In this document: positions 23,919 through 37,933 of the stretch, piece by piece
Layout of the letters: each line of letters begins with the position of its first letter
How positions within the stretch are numbered: position 1 is the first letter of the stretch
From: Bigelowiella natans CCMP2755
Taxonomy: Eukaryota; Protista; Cercozoa
Reading direction: 5' to 3'
DNA length: 64,000 bases
Assembly: GCA_000320545.1 (NCBI GenBank)
Contig: ADNK01000985.1
Span: forward strand, 1-64,000
Translations under genes and position numbers: made by a program
Notes under the pieces: model-generated
Seen by the model: only the letters and a program-made list of their open reading frames with translations
What the model was told of the DNA's origin: nothing
The model's database searches: none

Positions 23919-24599
23919 GTGTGTGGGGGAAATGGGGGTGTGGGTATTTAAGGCCAAAATCTCAAAATTTATTTTCAACTTTCAAGTTCTAATACAAGAA
24001 GAAAAATATTCTCCTTGGGGTGTATATATTGAAAGTTTTGCCATTTAATATGCGAAGAATTCTGCATTCATCTTGGATGTGTGAATACCCTTGTATGTGC
24101 TCGTTGAAGATAACAGCAAATTTCCTCTCTACCAGGGGGTCGTGTAATGGTAACCATATAGAGGCTTTAGCTAGTCCCATTCCTCCATAATGTCCATTGT
24201 GAGGCTGCATGCTTTTCTTCAAAAATCGCTTTGCATAGTCTGAAGTAAATGAAGAGAAGGGGATGCGGTTTGGACACAAAGTGGTAAAATGAACAAAGTA
24301 GCACATAACTAAGAGATGGTTACCAGCGGCGTTCGTCTTCCGGTTGCTTTTATTTCCCCCACTCTCGCTGGTTAAATGATGGGGTTGGTTGTTGTAGCGA
24401 TGCAACCGCCTCTTCTTGTTCATTGTCAACTGCAGAACAACTTGAAATGGCACACAGGCAGATTGCTTCTCTGGCAGATCGGCTTGTTCTCCTGAAAATA
24501 GTGACGTTTACATTGCGACATCATCATAGTTATTGTCGCAGAGAGATATGCTAGGGGATATTTGTCAGAGATGTGATAAGTCCCACCAGAGGATCCCAT
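23629..24599 (-). CDS. Hypothetical basic protein (at least 4 exons; may extend 5' to ~24850 and 3' to ~23483)
   Basis: MGSSG|EQADLPEK...NAA|DYAKRFLKKSMQPHNGHYGGMGLAKASIWLPLHDPLVERKFAVIFNEHIQG|FGGKSFKKKKK...LWRQRL, all junctions phase-compatible. K/R-rich. Confidence 0.7.
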
Positions 24600-25065
24600 G
24601 GCAACAAAAGCAACAAGAACAATAGAAATAGACAATTTTTCAAACCTAAGATCTAACAAAAACAAACACAATAATATGATGTGATTTCGAGATCTGATCT
24701 AACTTGACTAACCCATGTCTCAACGGATCCCTATTTCTCTGCCTGGGAAAAGAAAACCTGTTAATTACATGCCATTTGGGTTAAAATTAGTGTAATACAC
24801 ACCAAAATTTGGGATCAATCCGAATGAGCGAGTTGAGATTGTGTCAGACGTATCTTGAGGTATCCATCTATTTCGGTAGGGTCAAAAGTAGGAGTATTTT
24901 TTAGCTAACGGCGGTCGAAATTGCGGTAAATTCTAATAGCGTCCCATATTTTCTAATCTATCTTAAACATTTTCCTCCGCCAGTTCGTCTCACAACAGAA
25001 CAAGTCGCAGCCAGGACTTAGCACGATACGATCATCATCCCCATTCATTTGAATCCTTCTTAAAG

Positions 25066-28000
25066 ATGGCAGGGGGTGGTGATAATGTACAAGTAGCTGT
25101 TAGGGTCAGGTAGTTTGGACAAATCCTAATTTATCACCGACAAAAGTCGCCTTAGATATCACGCCTTGCAATGGTGTCAATCTCCACTTTGAATTCTTAA
25201 CAGACCCTTCAACAAGCGCGAGAAGTCACGCAATGCTAAAATGGTGGCTATATTGTACATTTTTAAATATTCCTATGTGCTCGAAACATCTATGAGTCGT
25301 CGAGGTTGCTATTTGAGTATGATTTCACTGTGGTTCCTAATGTCGTCAAAGGTGGTCTTCATGGATGGGAAAGAAACCCGCCTCGCTTCTGGCAAGGGCG
25401 ACGAGTAGTCTGATCAATACCCTTCTTGTATATTTCTTTGATTTTGTTTTTTCCCTATTTTGAACAGTCGGAAGTTCACGTTTGACTATAGTTTTTGGAG
25501 TCACGATCCAAAGAAAAAGAGCAAATTTGCTGGCCAGGAGTATAAACATTATTCACGTTATGCTGTACATACTTGAGATACTCTTCTCTTTTTGGTAGGG
25601 ATGTGTTTAATAATCTTGGGACAATGGTTCTCGACAACGCATTCAATGGATACAACGCCTCTCTTCTAGCATATGGCCAGACAGGTCTGGATGTAGCCGT
25701 CCACCCAGATGACCGTGATTATGATGATAATGACGTTACATAATCTTCAGGTTCTGGAAAGAGTTACACAATGATGGGTGCTGACGGTGAGCAAAGGGTT
25801 CGTGTAAATAATATATACAACGACGTGCCGATCACACGGACTATTGTGCAGGATATCTTATTAAAGGTGTCGGTTTGATTCTCTCTTTTTAGGGCATAAT
25901 ACCCAGACTCAGTGAAGCATTGTTTGAGAGAGGTAGTACCGATTATTGCAAGGTTCTTATACGGAATAACTCGCCGTAAATTATTGATTTCCCCCAGCCA
26001 AATCGGACGATACCAAGGGCATGAGTTACAAGGTGGAGCTGTCGTACCTTGAGATTTACAGGTAACCATCTACAATGTGTAAATTCTTGTTGTATCTGAT
26101 CAAGTATTTTACAGTGAGAGAATTCGCGATCTGCTGTCACCAAATGCGAACAAAAAGAAGGTATGAAGAAAAAATCTCTTTTAGTAAATATTTCACCTCG
26201 AAATCAGTCTTCTTCTCCAAGTTATGTACTTTGAACCTATTCGTCACCTTCTTAGGGTTTAAAAGTAAGAGAGGACCCTGAAACTGGCCCTTACGTAGAC
26301 GGCTTGTTAACATGTGCCGTTAGTAGCTTCGAAGAATTGGAGAAACTGATGGTACATTATAGCTAACTCTTGTAATATGAGAAGGAACCTTCAAATAGGT
26401 AATCTGGGTGATATTAACATCGACAATTTCCAGGTGATTGGAAACAAAACAAGGACAGTGGCAGCAACGAAGATGAATGCCCAGGTTTAGTGAGATTATG
26501 GAGATTATATTGTGTTTTCTTCTTTGTATTGTTAATGTGACCTCGTCTATCCATCAGTCGTCTCGGTCGCATGCGGTTCTGACCATCACTTTCATCGCTA
26601 CCCGTGAAGATGACGTGACGAATCTCTCCACTTCTCAAACCTCTAAAATACAACTTGTGGACTTGGCTGGTATGACACCTTCCTCTACCTCCTAATGATG
26701 ACCCCCTTTCCATTACCACTGAATCTGGATCTTGGCACTTACTCCGCTCCATCACTGCGTCGTGTAGGTTCTGAAAGAGTTTCCAAGTCTGGTGTGAAGG
26801 GGGTGGGCTTAAGAGAGGCGGCAATGATTAACAAATCTCTCACTACGTTGGGAATGGTCCTAGCCAGCTAACACCGTCAATCTATTTGAGTATTGTGTTG
26901 CTATGGTGACGCATAGATGCACACGCATACACATTAATACCATTCTTTTATCACCGTCTTCCAATAAGGAAACACGTTGTGCTATACCAACGATCGTAAC
27001 GACTCTCTCAGGTTATATCTTCTTTGGCAAAGAAAGGAGGCGGGGCAAAAGGAGTATTTGTCCCATATCGAGACTCTGTATTAACATGGCTTCTGAAAGA
27101 ATCGCTCGGTTGGCTATGACGATTCTTTTGTGTTAAGTTCTGTTCGATAAAGAAGGCAGAGTTGTGCTTTCATCATGCCTACTTGGATTTCTTCGATAAG
27201 CTTTTCATATCCTCTTCTTGCATTACTGATTGCATGATCCAACAGGTGGCAATGCAAAGACAGTGATGATTGCTGCTTTAAGTCCTGCTGATATCAACTA
27301 CGAGGAAACTTTGAGCACCCTTCGATATGCCAACAGAATGAAACAAATTTTGAACGTTGCTAAGGTCGAGCTATATATTCGAGATGATGATGATGCTCTA
27401 AGAGAATAACGATACTTACTCCGAAATTAGCAACAAAATATCCGATTGTCTGCGACATGACATGTTTTGTCATTTTGTAGATGACGAACTAAGTCTTCAG
27501 GAATGCTTTGATTCTAATGATTATTACCATCATCATCCACCACCACCAACAGACTGATTTGCAGTTGAAGTTAAGTAGTCCACCACACATCGGTGACTGA
27601 AACTGACCTATTTCGACTTCATTTGCTGCTGCTGCTGTTGCTGCTGACTAGGTCAATGAAGATCCAAATGCAGCTTTGATTCGTCAGTTAAGGGAAGAGA
27701 TCGAAGCCCTTAAGAATAGACTTGCTGGCAGTGGAGGTGCAGATGCAGGCGATATTAAAACGCTCCGGGATAAGTTAATTCAAAATAGGCTGGATAGAGA
27801 GAAAGAGCGGAAAGAATGGGAAGAAAAATTGGCAGCTGCAAGGCGCGCTGCACAAATGGGGGAGCAAGCATTGGACTCACAGGGGATATCTGCAAAAAGG
27901 GTTGTAACAATAATAATGATAATAATAATACCCAATTCCAATTCGCGAGAGCACTGACGACAACACACACACACACACACACACACACCGCGCGCGCGCG

Positions 28001-28999
28001 CATACATGTGCGTGTTGATAGACATCATCGCAAAATGCATGCATAACCCAAAGTTGAAGTGTTATCGCTCCTCCTTCCCCTTGTGTCGCAATAATATTAT
28101 GCTTTAATATTATGCTTTAATAATCATCTTCGAAACCACCACAGGATCTCACCGTACCACACTTTGTAAATCTCCATGAAGAGGATGATATGACCGAGAA
28201 GCTGTTCCATTACATTAAGAAGGATGTGTCGGAGACACTGATATGCTCCAGGAATCAGCAGAATATGACGTGCATCAAACTCTATGGTAATAAATTATTG
28301 GATTGCTCACATAAACATACATCAAGACACGCAGCAGCAACAGCAGCAGCAGCAGCAGGTTAACCTTCTACTACTATTACAATTAGGGGTTGGAATTGAG
28401 CCTGAGCATTGTTACGTTCGGCCGCAAAAAGACGGGTCGTCTGTGTCTCTTGACAGCACAAAGAAGATCAATTCGAGCGAAAACCCGGCTAAAACTTTTA
28501 TTAATGGTACTTTTAGTAGTAGTGTGAGAGTAGTATTTGCGAAGAGCAATTGTTTCCATCTAAACTATTCGTTAGTAATATTTTGACCTTCTGAACGTTT
28601 GGATTGCTGCTTGCTTTTAACAAACAAAAGGTAAGTTATTGATTGGTTCTGTGACTCTGGCGCATGGAGATCGCGTTGCTTTCGGGGCCGAGCAGATCTT
28701 CAGGTTTTTCCATCCGGAGGGAAAGACCGAGGAAGGAGAGGTATTACCATTTTTATATTTGAAAGTTTAAGTCCCACTAAGTATTTTCTCGCGTTTTTTC
28801 CAAGGAATTTGGTTGGAATGAAGCTCAAAGTGAACTTGAAAAGAGTCCTGATTGGATTAAGTACAACAAGGTGATATTCATGAGAGGTAGATGGTATTCA
28901 TATCAACGATATGAACCAGCCAATCATATTTTTTTCAAATGAATATATAATGAAACTATCTATCATCATCCTTTCCTCCTCACCTGCTGCTGCTGCTAT

Positions 29000-29032
<33 letters not shown>

Positions 29033-29875
29033 CAAATTGATCGTATTCTCACCACACCACGGACTAATACCATCTCTTCACAGGAACAACAGGAACGTGC
29101 ATCAGAACTTGAGGCACTGCGCAAACGCGAGGAAGACCGCAAGCGGTTGGTAGAGCAAAGAATGACCAAAAAACTCGACAAACTCAGGCGAATATCTGCC
29201 TTAGCCGAGAAAGATACGGTGAGTTGTCGTCTAATGTTCTTCTTCTCCTAACTTGATTTGATCAAATATTCTATGATGTTTCTTTTTGTACAGTTAAGAG
29301 AGCTCAAGAATGATAGGACTACAAAATTGGAGTAATACATCTTACCTTATCACCAATTGGTCGTTATGACAATCATTTTTTAATTTTGCCTCACATATAA
29401 GACTACCACTTTATCCAACGACAACCCTCATATTTCCCCCCTTTAATTATTATTTTATAATGCAAAAATGGCTTCTTCTTCTCCTTCTTCTTCTTCTTCT
29501 TCTTCTTCTTCTGCTCTTCCTCAGGGATCCATATAGGGAGCTGGTCGTGCTCGTGGACGAGATGAATGCAATTTGCCGCGCCCTCGGTATAATAATGTCC
29601 ATGGAATGGGGGGGTGTTAGTGAGCAGTATGACGATGATGATTATTATTACTCCGATCAATTGATTAATTGCAATGCCCTGTCAACGGACGACGACGAGG
29701 AGATCATGATGATGATGATGATAATATGTTCTCTTTATCATCATCAGGTATTCTGGGGGATACTCAGTTCAAACTAGAACTTGTCAGCGATGGTGCAGCG
29801 CCTGAAAACATTGGAAAGCCAAGGAAAGGTGGTGATATGAGTGGTAGTGGTTGTAGTATGACCAGACATTATGTA

Positions 29876-29918
<43 letters not shown>

Positions 29919-29937
29919 TGTCATAGATGCACATATG

Positions 29938-29974
<37 letters not shown>

Positions 29975-32186
29975 AATTAGTCACTAATGCTATTACTGTT
30001 AAGCTCCACCGTACTACACACTACTACTGCTGTTGCTTCTCCTGCTGCTGTACTAAAAATACTTTTATTACCTAGGTGTCATTGTTGCTAATTATAGCTC
30101 GGAAGATCCAACAGAGCTGAACTGCAATAAAGATGATGGAATTGATATTCTTCATGTCACCAAAGATGGGCACGCATTGGTAGTAATATTGAACATGAAT
30201 AATAAGCGTAGTAGTTGAGGTTGGTAGGTAGTAGCTATGGATCATCATACATCCTCCACATATAATATGTAACAATCGAATGTGCAGTGGTTCAATATAT
30301 CGTGTTATTCTATGAGCAAGATATGCACTCCTGCTACGAAAACAATCGTTGGTTCATCATTACTATCATCATACAAAAGGTTCAAAATGGTCAAGAGATC
30401 GGTTGGATTCCGTCAAATTACATATACCCAGAACCAAAGATGAATTTGGAAGGCAATTCAGCTTGGGCTTTGACTCCGCAAAGTGTTAGACATCTGGTTG
30501 ATTACAACAACAACAACAACAACAACAACCGCTACCAACACCAACACTACCATAACATATTGATATAGGAAAAGAATTATATAGTTGTAGTGGAATATAT
30601 ACTCTCATTTATTTTATAATCAGACTTCATCTCGCCTGGAAATTCGCGCTTTTCGTAAGGACTTAATAGCATTAACTTTTTCCAACTACATATAATAACA
30701 CATATGATAGACCAATATCATATCATGGAAGACTAAATCGACCGTAAATTGCGATTATGATGGCGTGATTTGTGAAAAAGCGTTCTTTTAAACTTTGTTC
30801 ATCTCTCATGCACCACCACCACCACCACCAGGCAATATGGGCAATGAGTGGATGCAAAAAGTGGAGAGTGGCAAACGATCGCAGTACCGATGCAAATGGT
30901 GGGTGTCTACATACATACCTACCTACCTACCTACCTCTAATCCTAGTACTACTACTAGTAGTAGTTGTTGTAGCAGTAACACATCGTGTTTACAATATTA
31001 ACCGGCACGCGAAATCATAGTATTAATTCATGAGGAAAATGATGATGAGCTCCATACCTCTTCTCCCCCTCCTCCTCCTCCTCCTCCTCCTCCTCCTCAT
31101 CCTTCAGGGACGTACCTCTTTTTCTCCAACGCCTCAAGGCTTTGAGGAGAGTCTACAATAATATGAGATCCGCCAGCACTAAAAGAACCGTGACGTAAGA
31201 ATCATCATTGATGACTAATAAAAACTGCCATTATTTCATATTTTCGTCTTGTGTCCTGCGAGTCCTCCAACTCTGTTCTTTCTCCTCTCTCTACGATACA
31301 ATTATTCTCACGCTATCACAAACAAATACTAGGTATAACCCTACCGAAATTCTACTCCAAGATGAATTGAGGTCGGTCGTTGCTCACACCCTGTTAGAGA
31401 TCCAGAGATTGAAAATAAATACAGATTTGAGAGCTTTATTTGTAGTGGTAGAAGTAGTGGTGGTGGTGGTAGTAGTAGGGGTAGTAATGTAGACAAAATA
31501 TATGTGCTATATATGAAATATATGATTTAAATGAATTATGTAGCGTCTATTGTAGTATAGCATAATCGTCGTTTGTACTGCTGCTGCTGCTGCTGCCGCT
31601 ACTTGTGAACTTATCTGAGCAGCTATATTTATCCCCACAGAAGCTACTTGTGAACTTATCTGAGCAGCTACATTTATCCCCACAGAAGCGTTGGAGTAGC
31701 AAGTGTTCGGATGTATCCGTTGCTGTTTTCTGGGAATGATAAAGATGTTAAGGTACAGAGTTACGACAATTAAGAGTAGAGGGATAGAGAGAGGGGGGGG
31801 GAGAGAACAGAAAACCATGCCGTTAAGCAAGAGCAATTGGACAGAAATGTAGCGTATCAGCTATTGTCAGTTATCATCTTTAGTATTTGTTCCATCACAA
31901 CTAGGCTCGAGTACCCATTCTAGATGCAAACGGAAACACTCTCGGTCGGCCATCATGAGTGTTATAAATGACTTGCAATATTACTCTATTCTGCAGCTTC
32001 TTGAAAGAAAAAATGATTATTTCTTTGTGCATTTAGCAGGGTATTGAAGAGTTTGTTTCTATGGTTGTTGCTACTACTGGCCTCCCTTTGTGATAATGAT
32101 GATGATGATGATGATTGTCTCATCACTTCAGGATTAGTTGAAATCGAAATGGGACTTGAGCTCACGAAAAATGAATACATGGAGTA

Positions 32187-32230
<44 letters not shown>

Positions 32231-32384
32231 GAGGGGGGGACAGGGAAAGGCGAGTAGAGAGGTTAACACGTTTTCATTCCAAAAACAATAATATAATCAC
32301 TCAATACTCGCAGAGATGAAGATGAATTGCGAATAGGCAAATTAACTGCAAATTCTGGTACTTAACTTTCTCTTCTATCTCCCA

Positions 32385-32469
<85 letters not shown>

Positions 32470-33305
32470 TAATGGTATATATTATTCGGTAACCTCGGTC
32501 TCTGTTGTCTCTGCCTGACCTTTTGTTCTTGTCCTCCTCTTTACTACAAACGATGTGCCTCCTCCTCCTCCTCCTCCTCCTCCTCCTCCTCCTCCTTTGT
32601 TTCATTAATCAGGTGCTACCATAATTGTACGAGTTGTTCGGGTCGTGGAGATCAATTCTATGCTACTGCCGATGCCAGAAAGAATATCAAAGAAAGGTAT
32701 ACTGATTACTGATATATGACATCTGTCATTCGTTTTCTCTCTCGCCATATTTCTTGTAAAGTATGTGTACATCTGCATAACACCTCACCACTACTTTTTC
32801 TTCGCCTACATATTACTGTCTTCTTACTTTTGCTGCTTGCTCATTATATACCCTCCTCCTCCTCCTCCTCCTCCACGTTACTGCTTCGTTCAACGTAGAT
32901 GGGGGAATAGGCGTGGAGTTATGTGTGAGGCACACGTTCTGGAAAGCGCTTCCGGAAACTGCTGCCCAGACACGACTGCATAAGATTGAATGGAGCTCAG
33001 AAAGTTGTGATTTGCCGCCAACTGGCCCAACGATCAAAGGAGGAGAAAATGTTGACAGGAAGGAAGGGGAAGTAGCGACGGCAAATAAAAAACAGTCACT
33101 CTCTACTTCCCCTGCTGTTGCAAAAGAACAAGATTCTTCATCTTCTACCTCAAAAGAAACCAAAACTACAGGTGCTCAGAAGCAATCTGCAGATGAGGTT
33201 GAGTGATAGCGAGTAGTCAATGCTCATGAATATGATCAAGAGTTCATCTTACATGATGATACGTAAGAGGACATGATTGTGTCACAGGGTCAGAATCATT
33301 GCAGG

Positions 33306-33342
<37 letters not shown>

Positions 33343-33484
33343 TTTATATAAATTTTTATAAAATACATAAACACTAAATGCAGGTACCTTAGTATGAGGC
33401 TAAGACCGACTCGTCTTTATTTTCCTGCTGCTGCCTGCCTGCCTGCCTGTCTGCCTGCCTGCTTTTCTGCTGTCAATGCCAATA

Positions 33485-33531
<47 letters not shown>

Positions 33532-34572
33532 CGCTCGCTTTCTCAGATTGCAGCAGTCTTAGAGCTAGAGGCTTTGAAGAAGAAATTGAAGGCTGAGAGG
33601 AATACACTACTCGCGAAACGAGTAAACATTCGGAATCTAAGGAAATCCAACTTAAATTCAAGGCAGCAGCTTGCTAAAGATATTTCAAAGCAGAGGAAGA
33701 TGTTTAATGAAGTCAGGACTGTGATGCAAAAGCTTCAAGCTCGTCAGGTATTATTATTCAAATGTTTGTTCGGGTTAGGGTTAGTTCGTAATTACTATTT
33801 TAATTGCATTGATGATACTTTTCTTCTCGTTATATGCAATAATTATAATGATGGATGCTCTATTGCTACCATTCGAAAATCCCAATGTTGGTTGGTCACT
33901 TTTTTTGGAATATCGTACACAATCTCGTCATCAGGTCAAGCTTCCTCCACAGAGTGAGGATGCAAAACTCGAAGGAAAGGAGGCAAAATCCAGAGCGAAA
34001 CAACGAGCACTACAGAAACGTCTGACCAGTAAGATCAATGAGATCAAAACTAAATCGAAGGTAGAAAATGCAGTAGTAGGTGATCGATCCCCGCACACGA
34101 CGGGTTTATATTTCGCAATAAATCGTTAAGGCAGCATGCAAATGGTTGGTGATTCATCGTAGTGATGATGGTGATAATAATGGCGCAAAGGATGATGACT
34201 TTGCCTCGATGGCTGAATATCAGTCTCTGAGATGCAACAACAATTCCCAAAACTATCATCTACCCAGCGAACAAAACTATTGATGAATCACAAGCCTTTT
34301 CTACCAGAACAGTCAATTTCATTTCATTGTTTGAGAGAAAGTGATGACAGGAGGAGGATTTGCCTAATCCTCGTCTGTGGAGTGAGCAACGAACCACATA
34401 TCTACCTCTTCTTCTTCTTCTTCTTCTTGTTTCTCTGAATTACTTCTTATTACTGCTACTACTGAATCATCATTAGGTCATTACAGATCAGTATAATCAA
34501 ATGCGCACAAGCTATCAGGGAGCGCAGAAGCAATGCGATCAACTTGCTCAACAGGAAGCGGTATTACTGACT

Positions 34573-34605
<33 letters not shown>

Positions 34606-34619
34606 CACTGAGATCAATA

Positions 34620-34651
<32 letters not shown>

Positions 34652-36591
34652 GTAACGTCAAAGAACAGCTCCTCAAAGATACTACTAATACTACTTCATC
34701 CTCTTGCATAGCATCTTAAACGAGACCAAGTCGAAATGCAGAAAAGGCACAAGTCCGCCCTAAACGAAGTTCTAAAGAAGATTCGTAGTATTAAGAACAA
34801 GGCTGCTGCTGCTGCTGCTGCTGCTACTGCTCCTGCTAAAGCACAGCAGCCTGCTTCATCCTCATTGCCACCTACCCCTCAAATCAACGATGCAGAACCC
34901 AAGGCGACTCCTACCAATAAGAAGGAAGTAGGAGAGACGAGGGAGGAGGGGGGGGAGGAGACTACCACCGCAACTACTACCAATACAGGGCCGAAACCTC
35001 CGCCAACGAAATCCTCGTTGGTTGCGCTTAAGTTTCAACCTACGGTGTTGGGCATGATCTTTGCCGACTTCCGAGTGTTGGAGGTGCGGCCAGGCACCCA
35101 AGCACATGAAAAGGGTGTGCGAAAGGGATGGAGCTTGAAGAAAGCCAACGACACCGAGATCACAGAAGAGACAAATATGAAGGAGCTATTTATTAGATTT
35201 CGACAGATCGGCGCCCCCATCACGCTAGTATTCGAGACGAGTGAGATCGAAGATGGAGGCCTGGGAGGTATTGAAGAGGAAGAGGACGTAACCTGGACGT
35301 ATCGGCTTAAACGCGAAGAACTGTGCGGTTATCGGTCTGTGGGTCTCAGAAACTCCCCTGACATGAAAGATATAGCCTATGATAAGAACAATAATATCAT
35401 AGAAATCGGAGCAAATCAGCAAGAGTTTATCGTCATCGAAAGATTACACGACATCCTGAGCGCCCAGATTTACCTCCGACTTGAGGATGGAAGTGGGTGG
35501 GTATTTGCTCTGGATCCCAGAGATAAAGAGAGGGAAATAGTCGAGTTAGTCGGCATCAACAAATCAAGCACCACCGACAAAGAGAATAAAAACCAACAAG
35601 GAGCAGCGACGGATAAAGGTGGTATGGTTCCAAGAAAAGCAAACAGCGATGGAGAAAAGCAGATGGTTGCCGCTGCTGCACATCAGAAATTTGCAGAGGT
35701 AGCAGTGAAGAAAATAGTAGCATATATCAAGGACTTATTTTCTGTATGAAATATTGTCTCGAATTGTTGTATGCAAACACTTTCATCAAAACTTTGTGTG
35801 AGTTTGTGTATACATGTCTTTATGTGTATTTTGATTTTTATGTATGAGAATCATGAGGGACGTTCTTGATAGGTGAAACGGCTTTTGATTAACCAAAAAG
35901 TGGACCCAAACGTGGGAGACGACGACTCTGACACGGCTTTGCATTGGGCCGTCAGATGGGGAAATGTAGAAACCGTAGAGCTTCTATTAGCTAGGAAGGC
36001 TAACCCTAACTACAAAGGGAAAAGGGGTAATACCGCACTGATTGAGGCATGCTGGAAGGGATTCTCCGATATCACAAATATTCTTATCTCAAACAACGCG
36101 AAGGTAACAATAGTAGTAGAAGTTTGAAAGAGTTCTGACAACTCAACGGCTTCTCTTTGTATGGTGTTTGTTGTACTGCCTCACATACCTCAGCATGAAT
36201 CATCATCATCATCATCATTATCAGGTGAATGATACGACAGAGGCGGGGAATACAGGGTTACATTGGGCTTCATGGAAAGGACACAACCAAATTGTGAAAA
36301 CTCTTCTAGCTGCTAAAGCAAAACCTGATACTGCAAATATGAAGGGCCGCACCCCTCTTCACTACGCATTTCGTCAGGTAGTGAGTGAGTAATGACTGTA
36401 ATGCAACGATGAGAACAATACCAGCACTAGTAAGTAAGTAGTAGCAGTAATCGCTCGCTACAGTAGAGAGCTAGCAACAGCACTATAATCGCCGAATCGT
36501 CGTTTCAATCAGCACAACAACGAAATCATTACGCTGCTTCAACCCGCGATTTCAGAATACCAAGCAAGCGGTAGAGAGCATATATGTGTAC

Positions 36592-36664
<73 letters not shown>

Positions 36665-37901
36665 CAACGTCGATGTATGTATACATTGCTAATGAGGGAT
36701 ACGTAGGAAAATCGTGAAGAGTCAATATTAAAAAATATTACACACACACACACACATAACAAAGGTTGTATTGCACTGGCCTCACTGTAAACACCTTCTT
36801 TGTTGGATGAGTTGCTTTTTCTACTTATCAGGTGCAGATTTCGATGAAGTATCATTGTGGGGAAGTGTTGACATTGGCGCATCCTTCAAGCACCGCATCC
36901 GTAATTATTGAACGACTGAGTATCGTATCAAATATGATGATTCCAATAACGACTGCTGTCATTTCGATGATGTTATACTACTACTGTGCAACCGCCAATA
37001 AAATGACAAGACGACGTTCCTTCTCTCACTGCAACTCCTCATTCCGACTGACTACTTATTCATTAAAGGGGGATCACAAATGTCACCGGAATTCTTGGCC
37101 AATATGTGCAATGGCACTCTCGTATTTGAGATGTGGATGAAGGCAAACTTGGACAAAAATCACCAGTAATATATGAGAGCAGACAGCCATACTTATTTAT
37201 GTATTTATTTTGTATGTCAAATAAAGATAGGCACCTTCGTTTCCTCCATTAGCAAAAAATTACTTGGAATTGTAATGGGTTATTATTGTTATTTCTCTTT
37301 TCTGTTTGACGGTAGGGTTGAAGTTAGCAAAGACATGTTGAGTGATCTTAACAAGGAACAATTAGTCGATAAGTTGGCTATGATACAAAAACGGATGACC
37401 AACAGTGGGGACAGCGGCGAGACCCAAGAGAATGTAAAGCAATCGCAAAAGGTGTTTAAAGCGCTCACAGCCAGACTGCAAAAGATACAAAACGAAGAGG
37501 CATATGCAAGGAATCAGGTGTTCACTATGATGCGGATGCAAGACGAAAGCAACGAGATGGACGAAATGGAAAGCAAGGACGAAATGGAGGACATGAAGAA
37601 GCCTATTGCGCCTCCGCTTAGCATGAAAATTCTAGCTCAAACTGAAACAAAATTATCGGAAGCTGCTGACAGGAAGTATGCAGCATTAAATGGTTCTTCT
37701 TCGGCACTGATCAAGTACTTGGAAGAGAAGTTTGGCAAGAAAGGAGAAGGATCAAATGAATCATCAATGAGTAGTAAAATTGCCATTAGTCCAGCATGGT
37801 CATCTGTGCGATTATTTGTTGCAACTGATGTCGAAGAAGCGGTGGATTCAAGCCGCAACGGTCAATACAAGTTTTGGTGGTGGTGGTTGTGGTGGTGGTG
37901 G

Positions 37902-37933
<32 letters not shown>

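Noticed and set aside
34736-35749. 337-aa ORF as a stand-alone gene
   Set aside because: It has a phase-compatible acceptor (~34711) and donor (~35698) linking it to the kinesin coiled coil and the ankyrin exons.
37143-37168. GC donor in the kinesin (AAG|GCAAAC)
   Set aside because: Phase does not fit the next exon; a canonical GT donor about 26 nt downstream does.
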